Source: Octopus sinensis (taxonomy: Eukaryota). From it: a stretch of DNA of 64,000 bases. Location of the stretch: contig NC_042999.1 in the NCBI RefSeq assembly GCF_006345805.1, forward strand, positions 140,740,001 through 140,804,000, written 5' to 3'. The notes under the pieces are model-generated. The model saw only the letters and a program-made list of their open reading frames with translations. It did not search any database and had not been told where the DNA came from. Both the position numbers and the translations under genes were made by a program. Shown here in pieces: positions 53,901-64,000 of this stretch (its first letter is position 1; each line of letters opens with the position of its first letter).

Positions 53901-56094
53901 ATACGATTTATAAAGTTTACTGTCATTTTCACATATGGTACTTATAACGTAAAATTTTCCATGACTTTGTGATCAGAACATTTAGTTTCAGCACCTACTT
54001 TATGCAAGTGGTTTGTGTTGTCTGTGCAAGAACCATGTAATTCTAAGTGTCCTACTGATATATATTTTGCCTCATATATATTTCACATTTTGTGCATTAA
54101 TTATATAGTCATTTTAATGTGATATTTATTTTGTACGCCAAAGTTCAAACATGCTAAATGATGTTTGGCATGCCTTGTTTTATTAATAACAACAAAGATC
54201 AACATACACATGTATGTACCCACACTCATACTCACATGCACATATTATTTTACTTGTCTTTTATTTTTGTCTTTTCAGTCACTAATCAGTGACCAAGCTG
54301 GGGTGTCAGCTTCACTGGTGTTATCACTCATATTGATCCCAGTGCTTTTTCTCTTTCATGTCTGAAACTTTGTTTGTTGAACCACTAATTTAGGGTACAT
54401 GAATATAGATACAGTAAATACATGTATATATGGTGGCTTATTACAGTTTCTATCAACTAAATTTCACTAACAAGGCATTGGTCAACATGAGGCTATAGTA
54501 GAAAATACTGAACCCAAAACCATATGTTGTGAACCTCTTAATCATGCTGCCATAACTGTATCTATGTGTGTTTAGTATGCTCTATAGTACTTGAACATTA
54601 GTCTTCAAAATAATATATAATAATATTACATATGCATGCATACACACACACACACACGCACACACACACACACATGCAAATATGGATGCACGTACATAGA
54701 CTGAAGGAAATTCACCCAGCATTAGTTATAATTAAAAGTTGAGAAACAATGTTGCATTACAAATTAAAATACAACTATTTACTTTGTAATTATCTATTAC
54801 ATTTCCAGCAATAGATTTCTCTGCCTTTTAATATTTTGCTGAAACAAGACTATGCAATAATTACTGATATTATTATGGAAGATCAGTAATTACTCTATAT
54901 TTTTGTGCTATTCATGTGTAAGACATGAGTAAATAAGTAATTTTAGGTTTATATGTATATTGCTTTTTTTAACATCTTCATAACATTAAACATTTGTATA
55001 TACACACTGTATATATACACGCACAAAGAATAATTCAGCATTATTCAATATTAGTACTTTTGAAGAGGTGAAGGTTAGATCTTTGGACTTGCTCATGTGA
55101 CATCCAAAAATATCTAATATATCTTGCTTCACACCAAACATTTCTTTAACTTAAGGTCCAAGTAAATTTGTTCTTTTGTTTTCATTTAGTTACAGCATTA
55201 TGAAGATATTGAAAATATAGGTATAAACCATCTCAACAAAGAAAGAATAAAGAAAAAATCCAGTTCATTTACTAATTCTTTTACTTACTACACCCAGACA
55301 CATAAGAAAACAAATACAGAACCCCACCCACACATACATAAATTTGCTAACATTTGTACAATGAGTAATATTAATATTATATTAAACAGGAGTTTCAAAA
55401 TATTGTTCTAATGGATAATGATTTCAAGGAGTTTGGTTTTTTATACCACCACTTCAGAAATAAACAGATTGAAATACAATGATTCTAATGGGATCAGGTA
55501 CTTAGTGTAAAGAACAAAAGTCATGTTTATTAAATTAATCAAGAGATTACCCAAAGATGAAGATTAAAAACAATTCAGTAAATTTGGATACATATTTATA
55601 GTATGTTCTTTCTTTCTACCTTGTACGCAATTATTTTTTATATTTCAAATTTTGTGAACAGTAGCACTGCTTTGACAATAGATTATAACATTGTATGAGA
55701 GCTATAGAACCACTGTGACAAAATGTTATTGCTGAAATGAGCTGTGCTGGGTGTGGCCCTTGTAACATCATTGCTGATAAAGAATATGCTAAGTTTATCA
55801 TACTCTGGTTAAGCTCAAGGCAACAAAAGATGCATTCTATTGCTATTTCTTTCAAGGTACCGACAGTAATTGTACCTTTTTGACTGGTTAATAAAAACAA
55901 CCAGTTGTAGCAAATCTATCCATCAGCATGACTAGGCTTGCAAACAATCATGAGTAAGAAGAGGATGACAGCTAGGGTTATTAAAATCTATTTAGGCATG
56001 AATTTATTGAAAGATTCTCAGAGTCAATTCTAAGAGAACTCCAAAACTCTCTTATACCCAGAGCTCATGGAATGAAAAGCAAGCGAAGTAAGAA

Positions 56095-56230
56095 CCCATT
56101 CTTGGTGATTGTGTCTGAGGCTACTACAAGCAATGGACATGTGATGCCACCTCATTTCATCAAAGCTATTCTTAACAGCTATACAAGTGAGCATTTGAAC
56201 ATCCTTGACAAAGTTCTAATGCCATAGATT
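56095..56230 (+). pseudogene. Tc1/mariner (maT-like) transposase fragment
   Basis: Reads PFLVIVSEATTSNGHVMPPHFIKAILN...LNILDKVLMP*I, resembling VMVxxxxSxDGxVMPPHF...VxPWI. Confidence 0.6.
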
Positions 56231-56894
56231 CATCATCGTCATCATTTAACATCCATTGTCCATGCTTGGATGGTTTGCTGGGCTGGCATGCTGGAAGGCT
56301 GCACCTGACTCCAGTCTGATTTGGCATGGTTTTCTATGGCTGGATGCCCTTCCTAATGCCAACCACTCTGAGAGTGTAATTGGTGCTTTTACAAGCCACC
56401 GACATGGGTGCCATTTGTATGACACTGGGGTTTATGTGCCAATTTGCATGCCACCAGTATCTGCCGTGACTGTGATTTTACTTAGCTTGATGAGTCTTCT
56501 TCTCAAATATGACATAATGCCAAAGGTCTTGGTTATTGCCACTGTGAGACCCAACACTCGAAAGAAACTCAGTGACTTTGCCTCTGTCAGGCCCAACACT
56601 CAAGAGGAACTCAGCCACTTTGTCAAAATTTCTTCTCTCTGGCATGTGTATACAACCCCCCACATGCATATATATAAAAATGAATATATATATATAAATG
56701 AATAGTTTTTATCCAAATCCTGACTATCTCTTTTATTTTTAATATATAAAAACTGTACGCTACTTCAGACAATCTATACATTACATACATACATACATAT
56801 GTACATATATATATATAAAGTTAAATAAAGCCAGTGTATGGGATTACCCTGGGTTTCATATCCATAAAGCAGCAATATATCTATGTATATATAT

Positions 56895-57013
56895 ATTTTT
56901 CTAAAATTTTCATTACATCTTGCAACCTTTTCAATAGTCGTTGACTCTGAGTAATGAACAGAGTCAATGACTATTGAAAAGGTTGCAAGACACAATGAAA
57001 ATTTTAGAAAAAT
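56895..57013. repeat. Near-perfect 55-bp hairpin with a 9-nt loop
   Basis: Arms 56895-56949 and 56959-57013 match at 51 of 55 positions. Confidence 0.95.
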
Positions 57014-57346
57014 TAAAAAGAAATAAGTGGAAATTTTACCGGTGAGTGTGTTAAATTATAAGGCACCAAAAGAGAATGACTCTCCCTAGACACAACAGAA
57101 TATGCTTCAACACACACGAACTCACATAAAGAATCTTGCAAACCAAATCCCAAAACGAAATATATATAAATATATGCATGTGTGGGAGGGGGTTTGTATA
57201 CACATGACAGAGAGAAGAAATTTTGACAAAGATCTGAAAAGTATTTTTGAAGTGGTAGCTTGCAATAAGAAATGAAAATAACTTCCTACTGGCAAAAGAT
57301 ACAATTTAATTAAATAGAATGATGATAATATAAGGTCCATAAATAT

Positions 57347-58176
57347 AGCATGTACTGCTTTGTATGTGTTTGAGCATGCATAGCATTCTAGTCATTACAG
57401 CTTGAGAATGGAAAGTAAAGTAGTTGACCTTGACAGAATTTGAAATCAGAACAGAAAGGATCTTAACTAAATATCACAAAGCATTTTGTCTGCTGCTCTA
57501 TAGATTCTGCCAGTCCATTTCATTGAAATGAATTGGCAGAATCTACAAGAAAAGAAAGATTTTGAAGTTAATTTAGGTGATTGCAGCAAATTTAAACCCT
57601 TCTATTTTTGTTTGTGCAAACCTAGACAGATATAAAGATGAAACGAGATAGGGTGTCAATCTAATCTTATTGGACTGAGTTCATTATATCAGCGAGAGGA
57701 ATTTCATTGTCTCTGGGCAAGAAACATAACCCTAACTCAGTTAATATGACAGGAGAATACTGATCTAACCAACAGAGAAAAGTTACCAGCTGGCATTCCA
57801 ATCAAGAAGGATATTTTTTCATACCACTACTATAACAGCCTACTACTGCTTCAAACTATTACTACAACAACCTCTCTGCTTCTCTTTATATCTATCTAGA
57901 TTTGCACTAACAAAAGTAGATGGGTTTAAAGTTGCTGAAATTACCCAAATTAACTTCAAAATCTTCCTCTTTGTGAAGATTCTGTTAATCCATTTCAATG
58001 AAATGGATTGGCAGAATCTATAGAGTAGCAGGCAAAATGATTTGTGGTATTTAGTTAAGATCCTTTATGTTCTGATTTCAAATTTTGTCACGGTCACAAC
58101 TTTACCTTCCATTCTCAAACTGTAGTGATTAGAATTCTGTGCATGCTCGAACACACACACAGAGCAGTATTTGCTG
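57347..58176. repeat. Local inverted duplication with arms of about 310 nt
   Basis: 57347-57656 aligns to the reverse complement of 57868-58176 at roughly 85% identity by eye. Confidence 0.92.
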
Positions 58177-58179
58177 CAA

Positions 58180-58400
58180 AGGCCTCTTCTCTACTTGTCT
58201 GAGTAATTAGTTGTATACCACTTTGGTGTAGACCCATAACCCTCTTCTCTGTTGCTGCCCATACCATGATTTACACCATTTGCAGTAACCACTTCACTCA
58301 ATCCTTCATTATCAGAATGTCAACCCTCTGGAATTCTTTTCCCTGCTGGTGTTGACTTACAGATGTTCAAATTGAACATCAACCACCTCAGTGTCCCTAG
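58180..58400 (+). mobile_element. CR1/Jockey-like LINE extreme 3' fragment
   Basis: SFIIRMSTLWNSF...DLQMFKLNIN resembles the SFFxRxxxLWNSLP...FK end motif. Confidence 0.5.
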
Positions 58401-61400
58401 TCTAAAAGGGCCTGCAAAACTCATGGACATTGTCTGTTCCTTCTGACAAAAACATTTTTTTAAAAATCTCCTTTAAAACTACATAAGCAAAGGTAAGGCC
58501 TATGAATTAAATTACTTCATTAAATGATTAACTTTTTAGAAGTTTTATTTTTATAATAATTAAATAGTGAACATTGTAGTAATTATGTAAGTGATTTGTA
58601 GTCACTACTTTAACTTAAAACTGACAAGAACTTTGTTAGGTTATTGTGTTGAAAGGAAAAAAATCATTTTACATGAGAGAAGAATTGAATGAAAAAGTAT
58701 ATTTGACTGCAGTAATTAAAAATTAGCTTCAAAACATAAAGCTAATAACATGTTTCGAACCCACAACCATTGCTGAGTATATATAACTCAATAACTGAAT
58801 CTTATAAGATTTGAAACATTTTATTAATGAATATTTTTATTAATTAATAACCATACACAACATGATATCAAAACATTATTTGATCTGAGGAAGTATTTAA
58901 AATGCTTAGCTTTTTTAATGTAAAAGATTCATTATATTGTCCACTAAGGAAATGTGAACTACTTCTTCCTTTTGGTCAACACAACCAAGCCTACTTAACT
59001 AACATTCATACAATGATAACAATTAAATAAAACCAATAAAAATGATGAATGAAGAGTTACAATTCACAGAAAATATATACACAACACAATTACATATACT
59101 ACTTTGCCTTCTCTACTTCCTCAATAATAACCAGGGACTTGTATCTTTGGGAATTTATAGCACTGTTATGACAATCATTCAAATTCCTCAGTTTAAAAGT
59201 ACAAGAAATTGTCATGAAACTATACTGCCTTTACAGCAAGCTAATGAATAAAACATCAAGGCATTATAGAACCATGATAAAAGAAATATATAACAGTCTA
59301 AGAGAATACCAATTGTGAATCTAGAAGTTTCATACTGGAGAAAGAATGGAAATTAAACATATCAGAAAGAAATGGACTCATAAAGATTACAAAGAGAGCA
59401 AATATTTCAACAAATATTTATGAGGGTATCATACAAATATTTTATATATTCCACAGCTATAATTACTAATTATTTCACACATACACCCACATAAATGTGT
59501 ATATTCACATTCACACACATATGTAATTATGTGTATGAGTCTTTGCATGCAAGTATGTGGTGGAGAGATAAAAAAATGAAAGAAAGATATCTTAGCTATT
59601 TTAAGAGACTACAACAGAGTAGTTTGGATGGAAGAAAGGCCTACCCAAGCAACAAACATGGTGAAACACAGAGAGTATGCAGTTAAACAGTATTTATTAC
59701 AACAGGATGATAAATACAAAGTTTCCAAACTTAAAGTAAATTAAAGTATTGCTGGTGAGAAGTTTGACAGAAATAATCTTTTCTACTATAGGTAGAAGGC
59801 CTGAATTTTGGAGTCAAGGAGGCCAGTCCATTTCATTCACACCCCCAGTGCTCAACTGGTGCTTGTTTCATCAACCCTGAATGGATGAAGGGCAAAGTTG
59901 ACCTTGGCAGAATTTAAACTCAGAATATAAAGCCAAAGAAATTCCGCTAAGCATTTTAACCAGTTTGGTAATAATTCTACCAGCTTGCTGGCGTAAGTTT
60001 GTCAGAAATAATGGTTTCAAATTTCAGTACAAGATCAACAATTTTAGGGGAGGGGTAAGTTGGTTACATAGACCTCACTGCTCAACTAGTACTTATTATA
60101 TCAACACTGAAAGGATGAAAGGCTTAGTTAACTTTTGCAGAATTTGAACTCAGAATGTAAAGAGCTGGAAGAAATGTTGCTAAGTATTTTGTCCAATGAG
60201 TTAACAGTTCTACTAGCTTCCTGCCTTATGTTTAACAAAAATAATATGTGCACATTTACACTCAGAAACAAATGTACTAAATATATAAGGATGGTGAGAT
60301 AATATAAACATGTCTCCTTAGTCATGAAAACTTTTAAAGGACTAGTGACAAGTTCTCATTTCATAACAATAAACAAATGAAATCTCTCTTTGTATTGTGT
60401 GCAGGAATATCTCAGGAAAACTTCACAGGAGATGTAGTGCCTATTCCTAATAACTCTATGAAGTGTGGTACATAAAATAAAGTATGCTATCTAAACATGC
60501 AATAAAACAACCGAAACAAGAAATCAGCTTCTATGATACATGGTTAGCTAAGCTATTACAAATAGCAATTAAAAGTACCTAAAATCATTTTTTACTCTCT
60601 TTAAAAAAAAAAAAACAAGACACTAGAGATAATTTTGGTAATCTGTCAGAATAAAAGCATGGGTGCAGCTCAGGTTTGACTGAGGGTTGAACATTAACAA
60701 CTACTATGTTGAATTTGAACTCAAGACCTTTCAGCTGGTGGTTTTGACGCTAAAAATAACTGAGGTTGGAAAACAGAACTTAATGAGGGAACTAATGCAT
60801 CATCAGAAGGTAGTCAACTATAGCATATTTAGCAAGAGCATGTCATGTAAAAATTGAGAAAAGTTGCACTTTACAGAGTGTTGAGAGATGGTGTATTGCA
60901 GGTATGCCAGTATCAGAAAATGGGTATCAAACTGATGATAATTAATTGTGTCAGATGATTATGTGATATTAAAATACATGTAAAATGATTGCATCTTCAT
61001 TTGGGTGGTACACCTAACATGCTCCCCATTCCTTGTCTAATACAATATGATCCTTGCATATATTCTAACAAGCCCCCTTGTTCCTTCTCCACCCATGTTT
61101 TTCCAGTAGACATTAACCAGCAAAGTTTGGACTGGGCAATGCTTTCACCAATCTGGAAGAGGCAGAAAGAGTCATGTGAACTACTCCTTCCCTTATGACT
61201 TAGACAAATGATAATTTCACTTTCACTTCACAGGTGAAGGGTCAGTAGTAAGGTACCTAAATATAAAATGTTTGAAATGTCAATAAAACACACTGGTTGA
61301 CTAGCCATTTGTTATTGTGATCTACTTCATGAGGTTCAGCCTTCTGAGAGCAGCAACAATCACCACTTCTCTCCACATTTTTCTTGTTCTTCCTTTTCTG

Positions 61401-62263
61401 CATGTTCATGTAGGCTATTTGGTAATTTTTTACCCAAATTTTATGCTCTATAGGCATTCTATACCGTCTCAAATTTCTCCTTTGCACAGCTTTTCTCTCA
61501 GTTAATTTGCACTCACTCTGTTATAATTACATATGGGTGTGTGTAAATGTATGTGTGTGTGCATATATATAAAACATTACCATCATCATCATCATTTAAT
61601 GTCCGTTGTCCATGCAGGCATGGGTTAGGTGGTTTGACCAGGGCTGGTAAGGTGGAAGGCTGCACCAGACTTCAGTCTGATTTGGCATGGTTTTCTATGG
61701 CTGGATGCCCTTCCTAATGCCAACCACTCCAAGACACTAGTATCTGCCAAGACTGTAATTTTGCTTGGTTTGATGGGTTTTCTTCTCAAGCAAAAAACCC
61801 TCCAAACTGAGCAAAATCACAGTTATGGCAGATACCGGTGTCACAACAGGAAAATGGAATAATTACAAATTAAAACAACTGTTTCATTGTTTCTGTGCAG
61901 TGGTAGCAGCTGTGAATTGCTGAGTTTTCATTATCATATTACATATTTAGAAGTCAAATACATACAATAATAAACAAACACACACACACACAATGATTAG
62001 CCAACCCATCTAGTAAGGCAGTAACTTCAAGTAGGGGTCGCCTTACACTGTGACTACCCAGCCAACTCATGCCAACATGAAAAGGCAGAAGTACACGCAC
62101 ATATACATATGGAGTGCAGAGATGGCAATGTGATTAAAGAATTAGATTACCAACTATATGGCACCTTGAGTATAAGCCTTCTATTACAACCTTGAGCTGA
62201 CCAAAGCCTTGTGAATAGATTTGGTAGATGAAAACAGAAAGAACCCAATGTGTGTGTGTGTAT

Positions 62264-62301
<38 letters not shown>

Positions 62302-63605
62302 AACCACCTTCACACTGGCCATCTTTGTCCTCTCCTGTCCCCAAAAAACCACTTTATCTCTTTCCACTTCCAGTCACATCAGCAATATAACTACACTTGA
62401 GCTGCAGGTGATTTTTTCCCCCCTTCTTTGGACTCTTCCTTTTTTCCTTTCCAGCAAAGAGCTATGCTCAAAATGTGAAAAACTCTCTTTTTACTGAGCA
62501 TCAAACTAATATATTCCATGTGTACATCCTCTTGTTTGTTATTGTTATTTTTAACATCATTTATTTGATTTCACACACACACACACATTTAATGCCCAAC
62601 TTCATTCTGGCAGGGGTTGAATGCTATGACAGGGTCTGACAAGTTCAGAGTCAGAGGAATATGTCACAAACCAATTTCTATTTTGGTGTGCTTACTACAT
62701 TTGGATGCCCTTCTTAATGCCAACCACTTAAGGGAGTGTACAGGTTGTTTTTCATGGCACCAGCACTAAATATATACATATATATGGAATTGTGTGTATA
62801 TGTGTATACACACATACTCAATATATACAATATATAATATATATTATAATATGTATAAATATAATATATCATACTATGTATAAATACATGAATATAGAAA
62901 TATATATAAAATATAAGCGCAGGCATGGCTGCATGAGTAAGATATTTTCCAAGTGCATATTTTTGGATACAGTCCCACTGTGTGGTTACTTGGGCAAGTG
63001 TCTTCAACTATAGGTTAAGGTCGATGGGGAAGAGTATCTGATCACAGAAAATTTGTCTGTATGAATTTCGTCCAATCAAAGCATGCATGGAAAAGCATAT
63101 ATCATAACAACGTAAAACAAAAATGTATAATATACTGTATATTGTTAGTATTTTAATTATACAGTAGTTCATCCCACAGGTATAACTCCTACTCTTCAAT
63201 ATCTCTCATTATTTTCTCACTTCCATTCATGCACTCTAAGTAGTTAGACCACTACTTTTTGTCAATGCAGAATCAACATCTTTGGTGGTGAATACATACC
63301 TTATAACTAAATTACTGCATTCTTATTTATTCCCTAATGCATTGATGTAAGCATACTGTAATGTGGGTGCTTAAAAATTGTTATTTTCATGCATATTAAT
63401 GTTATTATTACTTTCTTTTTCTTCAGAAAAGTTCTGTCAAAATTCATTTCAATTTATAACACAGAAGCCAATGGAAGAATAGGTGTCACAATATGGAATT
63501 CCACTTTATGACAAAATTTTCTGAAGCACAATGTTTCTGTAATGTTAGGGATGAGATGCAAATGTGTGTATGTGTGCATATACATTATATATGATGTGTA
63601 TACAT

Positions 63606-63650
<45 letters not shown>

Positions 63651-64000
63651 TTTGAGAAGAATTGATATTACAAGCATTGAGTAATAGTAGTCATTCTTGA
63701 ATGTAAGGAAACAATGTGAATTAAAAATGCATTTGCATAGCTGTAAATGCTGCACACAAAGATGAATACAGACTAACACCTAACAACTTTCTATTTATTA
63801 TTTTTCTCTTTTATCTTCTCTTTTTGAAGTGTGAAGTAATTTAATTTTTGTCATGTCTCATATCTTGTGAGAAAACAAAAAAAAGGAAATATAAATATAT
63901 AAATTCAAAATTTTTTAAAAACATTTGTTGCGTAGTTGAATAAGTAATTAAAATAATAAAAGGATGAAGAAAAAATCCAGGTAGTAATAATATCACTAGT

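Overview
AT-rich, repeat-dense animal genomic DNA. The SINE, RTE and Penelope repertoire resembles a coleoid cephalopod, probably Octopus (my inference from recalled repeat families, not a database match). I find one convincing host-gene exon, which the ORF track misses: 11763-11868 on the minus strand, 106 nt, encoding (K)[35 protein letters not shown]. This is domain I segment S1 plus the S1-S2 loop of an L-type (Cav1) voltage-gated calcium channel alpha-1 subunit. It is preceded by a minor-spliceosome (U12) branch point TTCCTTAAC and an AC acceptor, and followed by a GTAAGT donor. I found neither flanking exon, so the rest of the window appears to be Cav1 intron, including an AT-AC intron of more than 52 kb. 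The introns hold decayed Tc1, maT (DD37D), Tigger and mariner transposons, R4/Dong-like and RTE LINEs, Penelope-like remnants, a Helitron-like element, tRNA-derived SINEs and microsatellites. Most interesting: a second U12 acceptor look-alike with identical spacing and a 67-codon in-frame reading frame about 7.15 kb upstream of the exon; several hammerhead-ribozyme-like motifs with palindromic stem III; repeated local inverted duplications that would fold the pre-mRNA into long dsRNA (candidate ADAR substrates); and a 2.5-kb higher-order tandem amplification of an RTE 3' UTR. Repeat boundaries are approximate and all alignments were done by eye.
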